A program made the translations under genes and the position numbers. A stretch of DNA of 61,840 bases, filler included, from Choristocarpus tenellus KU-1152 (Eukaryota > Protista > Phaeophyceae): NCBI GenBank assembly GCA_964200185.2. It is 9 parts of 9 records of this genome, joined end to end, with 100 filler letters (N's around TTAATTAATTAA, not from the genome) between each part and the next. Parts side by side here need not be neighbours in the genome. Positions count along the whole stretch, not along the records: positions 48,091 to 54,049 come from CAXNAD020009312.1; positions 54,150 to 61,840 come from CAXNAD020005744.1; 7 more parts are not named here. The stretch is one strand, 5' to 3'. Positions 49,967 through 61,840 of this stretch are shown piece by piece (within the stretch, counting starts at the first letter, position 1; the number at the start of each line of letters is the position of its first letter). The notes below the pieces were generated by a model, which was not told the origin of the DNA, did no database searches, and saw only the letters and a list, made by a program, of their open reading frames with translations.

Positions 49967-51779
49967 ATGATGTTAGGCAAGAACCTGCGTTCGCAGAGCG
50001 CTTTCGTTGTACTGGTATGCCTGCTGTGCTTCTTCATCTTTCCTTTCGTTGCAAGTCAGGATATGGCTGTTTTGGCTGATGAGGTGGGAATAGAAGATGC
50101 GGCGGTTGAGCTCGGGGATGCAATGGTGAATGAAAACTTGCCGTCGGATGAAGAGGCAAATGAAGAGGCGAATGAAGAGGACACGACTGCTTCTGTATTG
50201 CCTAGTAGCGAGGAGAATGTGCGTGGTAACGACGAAACATCAACTGCAACTTATATTTTGCGCTCCTTGGGCCTTGCCAGCTGCTTGCTCCAATAGGGCA
50301 TATCTTATCGACTTCGGCTTATTATGTTGGTATCGGCACATGTATCAATCGTCATGTGCGTCATCGCCTGGGTCATAACTCGGGTTACCTCAAACCAGGT
50401 CCTTGTGCACAGATGTTTTATAGTCAACTTGTATCGAGTATGCCTCGTCCTTTCGAATGATATTCCTATCCCACCAGCAGGATGGCCGTGCTAAGCTGAT
50501 ATTCCGTCCCTCCAACCACCTTAACAACCTACTCCTCTTGTCCAAGCTGATGGACGCCAATGAGGAGGAAGAGCAGACTGCTGTTAAAGAAGATATCCCT
50601 ACGTCAACTGTACGCCTGGGAAACAAGCAATGCCGCTGGTCTTGGAGTCGACGCCTCTGCGAGCCCGAGACTCTGTGCACATACAAGTATCAGGTGAAAC
50701 AGGCATTATGTCAACTTAACAAGTGGATTCCTATCCCAACACATGAGTCACCCGCTAGGGTAAAATCCTGTTGCGAGGTGTCTTGCATAAGCTCCCCTTG
50801 GAGAAAAAGGCTGTGGTAGAGGCGAGTCATCTATTCTTGGCTTCTTCTGAACTGCATAATTGCACGAAGCTTGAATCACGTTAAGTCCCAACCACCTTGA
50901 ATGCTAGCCGCCCTGGTAACAGTAGCCGACAACCTCAGAATCACTTGCAATACCTCCCCCTCTTCAGCACCATAATGCTAACCCTCTGCTGTGTCCCTCG
51001 TCTCTCCTCCCGCGTTCCCTCCCTCGTGTCTTTTCTTTGCAGTTCCTAGATGCTACTATTGGTGAATCCTGCCGTCTGAGAGTGTCGTCTCCTTCTCGAC
51101 ACACCTTCACAAACCCTGATATAGAGGCACATCCTGCGGTTGTGCTTGGAGGTGCAGGGGCTCTCTTTGCTGGAGATCTGGCAGCCATCCGCTACACGCC
51201 ACTGCTCCAAAGGTTCCCCTTAATGTTCAATGCGGTACAGGTATGGGTTCCTGATCTTATCCAAGGTCAAACCCTCGGTCGCTTGTACATGTTGCTGACT
51301 GAGGAACCTTTTTCCAGAAGGTGACCAACCTTCTATGCTTTACCTAATCCTAATTATGAAAGATGAGTTTTTGATGGCAGGAGCACTGTGGCACAGCTAT
51401 TGGCAGTGGTTATTGATGCCTCTCTTGACCGTGTGCCATGTGCATTTTGAATTTCGATGGAGTGATGGGTTATTGTTCCCTGTTCACTGTCGGTTCCAAA
51501 GAAGATGAACACATCATGCACACCTCCAGATCATTAAGTGTGTGCAGATGAACTGTTTGTATTTTGTCCTGATACCCCTTCACCAGTTGTATTATAGGTA
51601 CTGCGCCAAATAGCATTCTTACTTGCAGGAATTTCGTACAAGGAAACAGCATTGACATATATAGAAAAGTTCAAAACTCGAAGGCCAACCTTACTGACCT
51701 CCTCTCCTGACTTGAAAGAGGAGTATCGTGAGGAAGAGGAAGTCCTGGGTGGGATTGAGGGAAGGAGTGGAATGGCAAG
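49967..51779 (+). CDS. Secreted protein of unknown function with an acidic region and a Cys/Trp motif
   Basis: Exons: 49967-50218 (hydrophobic signal peptide ...FVASQD, then acidic); 50481-50693 (...CRWSWSRRLCEPETLCTYKYQ); 51043-~51240 (FLDATIGESCRLR...); probable ~51643-51779. GT-AG boundaries; 3' end uncertain. Confidence 0.7.
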
Positions 51780-52588
51780 GTTGGCAGTCTTACTGTGGAC
51801 ATCCTCTTTTTCATTTGTTTGGGGGGGGTGCAGAGGCGTTTTATTTTCTGCACCTGGAAGAAGACATGTACTCTTATGTACTTAATTTTGAGCACAGGTT
51901 CCAGCACAGAGGATTTAGCATGTTGAGTGATATTTTTGAAATTCAGTTTTGATGTGTATAATGCCAAATGTATGATGAAGGGAACAAGAATAGAGTCTGA
52001 GAAGAGTGGTGTGTATCTAACGGTTTTCAGTTACAATGTTCTTCTTGGTAATGTTTTTTTTTAGTGCATGGATTGTATCAAGCCTTTTTTCTTTGTGCTG
52101 CTTTGAAACCCACCTTGGAAGGCGATCATTTTTAGTTGGTTGTGTCAAATACTGCATTAACACGTTGAAGTACTAGATCAACAAAAAAAAACGTTTTTTG
52201 TACCCCCACCATCAATGCCTTGCACAAATTGGTGAGATAAAAGATGTTCAATCGCTCGTTACGTCTGAAAACTGGTTTTCCTAACTGTGCTCCAGAGCAT
52301 TTTATTATTTGAACAGTGTACTGTTTCACGAAGAAAAGAAAGTACTGGCACAAACTTGAAAAGAACAGTTGGTTGTATTGTTTCCTTGCCATGGGTTGCC
52401 AAACAGCCCCAGACTACACAACCTGTTCATGCAATGCAAGAGCACTCTTAACAGCAGTACTCACAAGGATTTTTTTTCTTTTTGGCCACACATCCTCGCC
52501 CCCGGTGGTACTTTGAAACTCCTCGCGGCATGACTTTGTATCACCGGTGTCCCTGTATGGACTATGCAACTGGTTGGATTGGGGGATT

Positions 52589-52597
52589 GTTGCTGCT

Positions 52598-52636
<39 letters not shown>

Positions 52637-52653
52637 GCTACTGCTGCTGCTGC
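52589..52653. repeat. (CTG/CTA)n microsatellite
   Basis: Read directly. Confidence 0.92.
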
Positions 52654-55600
52654 TTGGGCTATGAACCCTTCCTTGGCCACCTTGTGTGATACATGATTAT
52701 TTATACCACAAAAAGGGGTTTGTCCTGTTTGTATCTGGGGATACTCTCTTCCAGGTGATAGAACAAGGCTGGAAAAAGAAGGTGAGGGCTAGCAATGGGG
52801 CCATAGAATGCTACAGGAATGCTTTTGCTGGGCAAGGTTTGAGCTCTAGAGCTGTGCAGTCTCGAGGTACTTTTCTTTGTAAGTCTTTGTGGAGAGTCGA
52901 TCCCTGGGTACACTCAAAGGCGATGAGATATTGCAGAAACTTAGGGACGATCTTCAGTTGTGTCAAGAGGTAAATTTTCTCCTGACCTGGAGCGCTCTGT
53001 AGTGCTACAGTACACAATGCATATATATATTTTTTTCTTCAAGTGTTGTGAATTATAGCGTTGGTTAAATGCAACTGCTCACAACGAAAGCAACAAGCGC
53101 AAGAGGAGTCAACACCGACAGGATTTGGTTATGATGAGATAGTCCTGTGTGAAACTCACCATCAGTATTGCATTGCGCCCATGTTGCATGCAACGTCAAC
53201 AGCAAGGATTGTTTATGAGGAAGGGTTTGTTGAGGTCGGTTTGCGAAACTCGGGTATGTCGGGCTTGGTGAGCTTTGCTTGTGCCCCTAGTTACTTCGGC
53301 AAGCTGTGTCTTTCCAATGGGCAGAATCTAAACTAAGAACAGACATTGAAAAGGCATCTTATTTGTTTTTAGTGCTACTGTACCTTTTTTACCCTCGCAA
53401 GTCGAAGGGGTACGATTTTTTAATTTTTTAAGAAATAAAATAAAATAAAATGAAATGAAACGAAACGAAACGAAACATAGCAGGGTAACTGAGTTAAGAG
53501 AGGGGGTGGGGGGAAGAACGCCTATTTATCGTGTAGAAAGAGAAGAGGCAACCCTGAGGTTCGGTGTGTATTTGGAGTGGCTTATTTTCTGGGGATGATG
53601 AAAGAGATGATCGGCTGAAGTGGTTGGCCAACCGCCCATTAGATGAAAAAAAAAAAAGGGGAAAAAAAATGGAAAAAAAAACTCGAGTCGTTGAATGGGA
53701 GAGTGCAATTGATATTTGTTCTGCGGGCGCTTGAGAGACCCGAGAAAGGATTTTGACGGTTTTTTGTTGGCCTTGGTACTTACTCCGCGTTGTATGTAGG
53801 TGGGCGTTTTTGGTAACGAAGCTCTCCCACGATGGGACTGTTGTAGTAGCGTGCATTCTCTGAAAAGAAATTTCTTTGTGGTGTGCTCGACACAAATCAG
53901 AAAGAAAGAAAAAAAAATTGAAAAAAATAAAATGTGCAAGGCCATCTATTGCTCGGTTGCTGTAGCTGGCGTTCACGTCAAGTGCAAGCAAAAACGTCAC
54001 CCTCGCCCCCCCCCCCCCCCGGGTTGGCTCATAGGATTTCCCGCCCCCCNNNNNNNNNNNNNNNNNNNNNNNNNNNNNNNNNNNNNNNNNNNNTTAATTA
54101 ATTAANNNNNNNNNNNNNNNNNNNNNNNNNNNNNNNNNNNNNNNNNNNNCCCATAGCATCGTTTTGAGGTCGTTGGATTTGAGTTGTACATCCTGGAAGG
54201 TGAGCATTGAGGGGCGCCTGTAACAGTAATATGCAATAGCATTCTCAGACCCACAATAAAAAAATCCCATTATTAGTGAGTGTTGATGTAGGTGTATTTT
54301 TAGTGAGAGAATGAGAACAGAAAGGTCTGTATAGATTTATTAAACAGTTTGAAATTATGTATACATCATTTAAATACACACAACAAATATCTGTAACGAG
54401 AAGAGAGAATACAGAAATGCTGAAAAAAAGAAAATTAGTAATAGTAAGTGGTATCAACAACACAAAAAGGAAAAAAATATATAGAACTCAATGAATACAA
54501 AAAAGATCCAGTAACTACGTATGGAACCTCTATGAGTTTCAATACATTAATTATCGAACTACTACTACTATTGTGTACATATTAATAGTAGTAACTAATA
54601 AGACAACTAACACAAACATCCATGGCGCCCTTCCATTCATTCAGAAAAACAAACAAGTCCAACCATAACAACAACTTAGAAAAAAGCAGCAAGAGAAAAA
54701 GGAAGAAAAAATACGAAGTAGATTAGATAGAGCGAATGGAACACATCCAATTAATTGATGATGATAGATTAAAGACATGAGAACCACTACCAGTGTCAAG
54801 GATATGTCGTGTCCCTGCCAATCTCTATGCGTCATTTGCCACCCCTTCGACTCCTCCTATCACCAAATAGTTTGCACGGGTATGAGGAAAAGTTCATTTT
54901 CAGCATCATCAAGCAGGGTAGTAGTGGTGAATTGCACCAATCTGTTCCTGTGCTAGCTAGCTGTTGATCACTATTCTATAAGCATACATATCATTCCTAT
55001 TTGCGGCCACCTTGTTGACCATCAAATAAATGGCCAAATACAGTTAGCCCTCGGGGGTGGACTGGACAGCATATCCTGTCGGTTCAGCAACATCCCCCAT
55101 CTACTCCGTGTTATCGTCCAACATAATCAGGAGGATCGAGGAGAGGAAGGGGGGGGGAGGGGGAAGAGTTACTTGCGTAATCCACACACTCCAGAACAGA
55201 AAGTATATGTTACGAATGATCGATCTTTTGGATGTTGGTTTCGAAAATTCATGATTTGATGGAATCGTGGCAGATTTATCGCTTTCATTCACAACTCTCT
55301 CCAAACACTCTAGACAGAAAACAGGCGGGACTAAATTATTAATTTAAATAATATATATATATATATCGACACTTTATCCCAGTCAATTTTGGGTCAAGCC
55401 CATCCTCAATGAAAAGCTCCATCTCAATTTTTGAAATCGACTGTTATTCGCATAAATTCAAGTAACAAAGTAGTGTAGACATATCAAACCCTTCAGAACT
55501 TGTTTTTTCACACTACAAAGTCCCCATCACTTCCATGGAAATTATTCGCGACTTTTTCACAATTTTACCAAACTTTTTTCGGGCATCTTTCAACTGTATA

Positions 55601-56319
55601 CTCAGAACCGTTTCTTTCCCTTTTTCTCCCTATTTTTTCCTTTTTTCAGATACTTTTTTCGATTTCTTCTGGTGTCTAGAACAATTTTCTTATATTCTTT
55701 GTCTACTCGTTCGGGTTGTTCTAAACTTTCCCCCTCCATTTTCTCGAATATTCCCCTCCCTCTTACCTGTACTTGCACATTGTGTGGGTGATGTTTGTCT
55801 GCACTTTCCGGACATGAGTGATTGAGGGAGTTGGGGTATTTTCTTTGATGTAAGTGAATTGTTGTTCCATGGACACTTCACTGAGAAACAAATGTCATGG
55901 GTGGATTATCGCAATACCCTGTCATCTACTGAAAACCATCAATCCTGCTCTTAAGTATGTCAGTCATATTGAAAGCAACAATGTTTGGAGTGGACATTTT
56001 CCACCAAGAAAGAAAACAAAGAAATGAAGAACATCATGCTATGATCATGTTATTAACTCCACAATGTATCGCCTCAGATAAATACGACTTGACCGAACGA
56101 GTTCTTCTACACGTGTTCCATGTGGCCACAACAATACATCACTCGTCACCTTATTAGCAGAGCTCCCCTCTTTTCCTCGCACAGCATAATTACTCCCTGT
56201 CGAACAGTGCATGGGAAGACTGGTTTACCCGAACGAATCTATAACAAACTGTACCGATGGTTTCTCCTTCCCTCTCCTTTTACACAATTATTACGTATAC
56301 TCTCCTTCCGAAGAGTATA

Positions 56320-56760
56320 TATCTCACTCTAAAAACCTCTGACCTGTACGTCCCCCTTGAGGGATGAAAAAAAGGTTGTACTCCATCCCTGTAAAAATAG
56401 TCTGACAATAATACCCCCTCCCCTCCAACAGCACGTGGCAGCGTACTCATGTTCTTGTACCTCATACCCAATGTGAATCTTTCTGTACGATTCCTTACAT
56501 TTTTTTCCTTGGAAAGGAGTAGTAGATGTTGGTTCGTGATGTGAATGGTTGCAGTCCAAGGCTGCAGGGTTCAGCACTTGCTTAAACAATATGAGATGAC
56601 CTACATGGGGTAGCCCTGCCATTGATAAGGGGGTGTGGGAAAGAAGGAGAGAGGTAATGATTGGGTCACGTTTAGTATCTTGTGTGTCAAGTATAGGGAC
56701 CACCTCGACCTCTCAACTCCATCTATTTGTACTGCACACACTACTTCCACAAACAGACTC
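56320..56760 (-). mobile_element. Probable degenerate tyrosine recombinase of a DIRS/Ngaro-type retroelement
   Basis: VVPILDTQDTKRDPII...IGYEVQEHEYAATCCWRGGG...LKGDVQVRGF resembles the YR C-terminal (HSxRxGG...GxW) layout, but the key His is absent. Confidence 0.35.
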
Positions 56761-59700
56761 CTTGGATAGAGAAAGATAGTCCCGAGTTATGCTCTACAGA
56801 CAAAATAGGAACAGCAATAAAATATATATGTGACTACGTTACTGAATTGCATTTTTATGTTTTTTAGATACCTAGTGGGAGTGTTCTTCTGTATGGTACC
56901 AGCAATCGTTCGATCACTGTTCAGGAGTAATTGCTACGTAGTTCAGTAATATATAACACAGTTGTTGCATATGCTATTTTTTTGTATTCCCAATTCCATC
57001 TGTTGGCGAAATTTTTAAAAAGTGATTATGGGTAGATGGTATGTGCAAGTGTCTATAGTTGTAGAGCTCTAATAGGGTTGAACAAAAACAAAAACACATG
57101 CAAACAAAACCTTCTCTACTCCTAAAACATCGCTGCGATCCTCTGGTGGTATACAGGAGTCACACCATAACAAACAAGTGGGGTGAACCTCCCTTGCCAT
57201 GAAAGCAAAGTGAGAGGAGCGAAGGGGTAGGATACAACTCCGTTATTAGGAATGTTGAAGTTAAAGGATCAGTGGTTGGTTTTGAATCTAGATATGGACA
57301 GTGAGTTCTCTGAGTGGACTAAGGAACGTATCTTCTTCTATTATTTCTATTGTGAAGTAGCTAATTGGGTTTGCAGGACTGAATGTTTGTGAGATGAGGT
57401 TGAAGTTGTGGTTAAACTATTTGATTAGGTATGTTGCATTGTCGAAGTTGTCGTACGGTCTTCATATCTTGAATGTACTGTTCCCATCTGTTACTATACA
57501 CAATAATATTGTATGTCCCATGTGTGGAATTGAAGGTACCGTGTTGTTGGACTTTGCAGCTGAAGCCTGATCAGTTTGCTTCGAAATTACCAAGTAAAAT
57601 TGTATGAAACATTAATATATTAATGATTCGAAGTATGTTGTATCACATTTTCTTTCAACATTAAAATTCAGTATAATTTTGACTGCGTGTATCTAGTTGC
57701 TTTGTACTCCTATATCGTTATAGTAATGATCATTGATAGCAGCAGTAGAACCAATTAAACAAACAAGTAAAAACCTTTCGTGTATGGTGTAAAGAAAAAA
57801 AATGAGAGATAGGCAAGGTTGCATTTTAAGGATCCTGAGAAAGGGGGAAAAAACGCCAGTTGTACAGTTGCAGAAAGAACTTTAGCTGAATTGTGGTGTC
57901 ACTTTGTCTGTGGAAAAGAAAATAACAATTCTGTATACACTATAAATGTGTACATAAAGCAATGAAATATAGTGTATTGCAGACGGTGAGAAAGATTACT
58001 TAAAACACAAAAGGGTTAAATCCTGCCTACCTCTCAACTGTTTTTTTTGCTCGTAATTTCCATAAAGCGTAGGTGCTAATATGGACACCTATTATTTAAC
58101 TTGACAAGTGCCCTTGTTTGTACCCAATGGAGCTTGTCAAGGAAAGTAGCTTTGTGACAAGGTAGAGGCTCATGACGTTCTCCTTGTATGGATCGAACCA
58201 GGGAGGAAAAATCGCCAGTGCACTGCAACACGTGAAGGTGTCTGCAATAGTAATATGTTCTGCACACAAGTTAAATGCCTCAACGGTAATGAGGGGGCTA
58301 GGCGTGGACGGCAGCTAGAAGGCTGGTAGGAATCCAAAGGGTAGGCAATTTAACGACAAGATAATTTACCCACTCTCAGCACCTAAGAACAATGATGACC
58401 TGCGCGATGCTTAAGAGGAAGTTCGAGCACAACAAGAGCAGGAGGAGGTGGAGGGCAATTACGAGAGGTTAGGCGAGGTTTCGTCTGTATAAGAGGATCC
58501 GTTTGATTGTGGAGATAAAAGAAGATTATAATTTAGGGGACAAAACTTCCACGTCATGTAATGCAATGGCACGGGGTGAGTAGTAGACTATTAATCCCTC
58601 CAGTGGAGATGTAAGAATGACTCACTCTTTCAGATATGCCATCCTTGTGGAGTGAAGAGATATATTATTAATCGATTGAGGAACATTGACTTTTTTTTAG
58701 GAATGGAGCCCCATTTGAGTTCTGTGTACGAGTGTTGTAGACCCACAGGCGTAGGGGGACCTACAAAATAAATCCGTATGGCGTCTTCTGGGTGCTGACT
58801 GGGTAAGTATATGTATCGCAGTTTGTGATATAGTATTTCATTTTTTGGTCGTTTTTACCTAAGCAAAGTATCTGTTTGTTGTATTGTGTGGATATTTCGA
58901 ATTGTTTTATGTTTTTATTACGGTTGTTTGCTGGCTGGTCGTTTGAATAGGTGGAAGTCAGTTATTTCGACATCACATAACAACGCTCCCCACCTAAATT
59001 CTACACTACAAACAAAGAATGACACCCCTTAAACATAAAGTGAGTTCTACTGACACGGCAGTCTCCACTCCAACATCACACTAGACTATCCACTCCAATT
59101 AATATCCTTCCACCACTACACAAACTTCATGGTCATAAAGTTGTAACACTGATTCTACTGTGCAGACTCACCATATCCCATTACACGATCCACTCAAGAC
59201 CGGAAAGTTAAAAAAAAACGCTCGGAAAATTGACAGTTTTTCCTGGAGTTAGATATTACGTGTAGACAACAACGTGGTCTCGATATTGATGTGCGCAACC
59301 CTCAAGCAGGGACCTCAGAGAGACGACAGACAGAAGCAACAGCAGCAACAGCAGCAACAGCAGCTGACGAAAACACATACTATGTTTCAAAAACATTTCT
59401 AAGGCTACACCACGAATGTTGTGCTTACACACATGCATGACCACAGCATGAAGGCTGCATGTAAGACAAGGAGTGTACCTGTCAGGAGATTTGAGAATGC
59501 TTCTGTCATTACCACTAGGGTATACGAGTATTTGTAGATTGCTAGGTTGCTACTAGCGTGTGCACACTTACACTTTGGGATAAATATTCCACTGTTGCAG
59601 TACACCATGTGGAGGTGTGTGAGAGATAGACCTTCATGATGTGGTGTACATTACTTTGTCCAGGAGACCCTTTTCGAGGATAGAGTATAATGCGAGCAAG

Positions 59701-59869
59701 AGTGGACAAAAATTAAGTACATTGTGTATAGAGGTATTCTGAAGAATATAATGTGGACATAAATATATATATACTTCGTTTGGAATTGAATATAATATAA
59801 CTTCTACAGGCCTGATGAATAAGCTTTTTTTTTATCATGTGATTATTTTATGGGTGCATCGTGCAGACT

Positions 59870-60954
59870 CTAGAAGGTTACCCACCAAAATTTAAAACCC
59901 TCCAAAATCCATTGTAGCAGAGCATTTGACAGGATTCACTGGGGCATTCGGGGGGAGCTTGCCCGCCTCCTCAGCCCTTTCCTTGCTAAGATGAGGAATT
60001 TTGAAGACGTTGTCCCCCTTGAACCCCAGCACTTCACCGTAGACTGCGAAGAGGCTCTGTTGGCTACTCTAATGTCTCCAGGAGGTACACATTGAATGCC
60101 TCCATGGTGGGCTTGACCAGCTCCTCGGGTTGGTCACCTCGACGTCTTTCTTCAGTTACTGGATGAAATAAAATAATATAACGTCGTTGGTATGGAGGTC
60201 AGGTGAATTGGCTTACTGGGTCTCTATGACAATGTTATCCCCTGCCTCCTCCTTAATTGCCTCCATGATTTGATGTATGGCTTTACCCTGTCCTGCTGCA
60301 CAAAGATGGCGTGTCCTTCCAGGCTAGGCATGTGGGCCTTGATTTCCAGGACAATATCCTCAATCACGAGCTTCTTATACCTCTCCGTGTCCACCGTGGC
60401 TGGCACAATAACCTTGGTGCTCTTGGGAGGGGTTTGCTGGAGCACTGAGCGACCTTAGTGTCCACAATTGGCTAGATCCCGATTTTTCCCATCAAACCAC
60501 ACCCCATTAGAGAGTTTGCTAGGCTGGCCACAGCTGCAAGGAACATCACTTTCGTGATGTAACGCTTGTTATTTGCCCGTGGGGGGTTGGGGGGATCCTC
60601 AGTGGGGTGGAGATATACACCTTGTCCATCTTTGAACATGTAAAAACACTTTTTGTCCACATCACCCAGCCATACAGATAGTCCACCAATACCCCCCTTC
60701 CCCCCCTTCCTCTGTGAGTGGCTGATGACGAAACCCACCCTGTTAACTTTCTGCGGGCCTGAGAGGACTAGCATAATCCATCGTTTCATCTTTACCTTCT
60801 TGCGCTTGCACAGATCCCACAATGAGGCAAGGGAAACCCCAGCTTTGGTTGTCCATTTGGAAGGATATTCTGTGTACCAATGACACATCCCAAATATCGA
60901 GGATACTTGTACTGCGGCCACATCTCCCCTTGTGACGTTGTACAAGGTCCACAC
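59870..60954 (-). pseudogene. Mariner-like (plant/DD39D-type) transposase, frameshifted
   Basis: DVDKKCFY...KRYITKVMFLAAVA...GKIGI...VDTERYKKLVIEDIVLEIK...IFVQQDRVKPY...Q*ANSPDLHTND correspond to the DEKWF, KVMFLxAVARP, QQDNA and PNSPDLN motifs. A terminal-like sequence GGTTACCCACCAAAATTTAAAACC lies at ~59876. Confidence 0.85.
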
Positions 60955-61840
60955 GTTCTCCCTATGTGATCTGGCTGTCGTGCTCCGTCAGATGATGGAA
61001 TGCAGTGATTTGGAAATTTCCAAAGTCCTCCGCAATGGCCACCGCTGTCCCCCAAGGCATCTGAGTCCTGTGCCCTCTCACCTACAGACACTGCACCACC
61101 AGGCTGTTCTTCATCAGGATGTTTGAATCTGGACCCCGGAGAGACTTCTGTGCTGAAGAATTGTGACCGATGGGCGGCAATGAGATGAGAGAGCCGCTCA
61201 AGTGACAGGGGGCCTTCGTCGTAGGCATTGCAATGAACACCCCCTTTGACATTCTCATGAGGCTTTGAACCCCATCAAATGTGACTTGGTCGACTTTGCA
61301 CTGGTGATCCTCCACAGTCATGACAGCCCACCATCTCAAAATTTGCACGCCTTCCAATCTACATGAGAACCAAACCTCGTGCAGAGGGTTTATCATAATA
61401 TGCGTCGTTCCTGGGTGAGAACGGAGATTGCAATAGTTCTGTTACATCTAATTCTGAGACGAGGAAGTATACACGTGTCTGTATTGATGTCTATGCACGC
61501 ATGCATGCCCACACCATCAAGTCTGCATCCCTTCAGGAGACTTCGGAGATGTTCCTTGTCGCTGTTAGTAGAGCTGTGTACGAATATTGTGTGTAGTTTC
61601 GCCTAGTGTGTATAAAATTTCACCCTGACGTGAAATGTGTAGATGTGAGGAACAAACATTTGATTATGAGACTAGTGCACACACTCGTGCAGGAACGTTT
61701 AGAGAGTGGAAAATATATTGAGCACCAGTGGACAATGAACAAGGTTTATACTACACAACAAGGAGTGTTACAGGCGAATAGCGCGAGTATTTCTTCCCGC
61801 GCTTTAACCGGCGCGAGCAGTGTACGCGCGTAGGGAACCC

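Noticed and set aside
52414-52680. Poly-Ala / poly-Leu ORFs
   Set aside because: These are translations of the (CTG)n microsatellite with no other coding support.

Overview
Eukaryotic, intron-rich and TE-rich DNA. Gene and TE types suggest a photosynthetic stramenopile such as a brown alga (inference). The window is nine contigs joined by eight artificial 100-bp linkers (N44-TTAATTAATTAA-N44), so adjacency across linkers is unproven. Spliced genes assembled by hand: a USP/C19 deubiquitinase (-), a complete 4-exon mitochondrial 'embryogenesis/LEA-like' protein (+), a HET-like (SHxW...WLDxxC...RxWCxLE) protein (-), a PhyH-like 2OG-Fe(II) dioxygenase (-), a RanBD-domain 3' end (+), a calcineurin-A-like PPP phosphatase with a His>Tyr metal-ligand change (-) and a secreted Cys-motif protein (+). 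TE relics include a Sola2-type transposase, a DGHER-type Tc1/IS630-like foldback, a CRE-like non-LTR RLE domain, a Ty3/gypsy integrase tail, a probable tyrosine recombinase and a DD39D-type mariner. The most notable signal is about 20 copies or ends of two unrelated-looking MITE families. Both share a bipartite end: terminal G..TCAAAGTATCT, a spacer, then TCCATTTGG. The spacer is one helical turn longer at one end than at the other (motif offsets 32/42 in family A; about 33-34/44-46 in family B), which resembles an RSS 12/23-like asymmetry. Both families sit in and around a Sola2 transposase that is their likely mobiliser.
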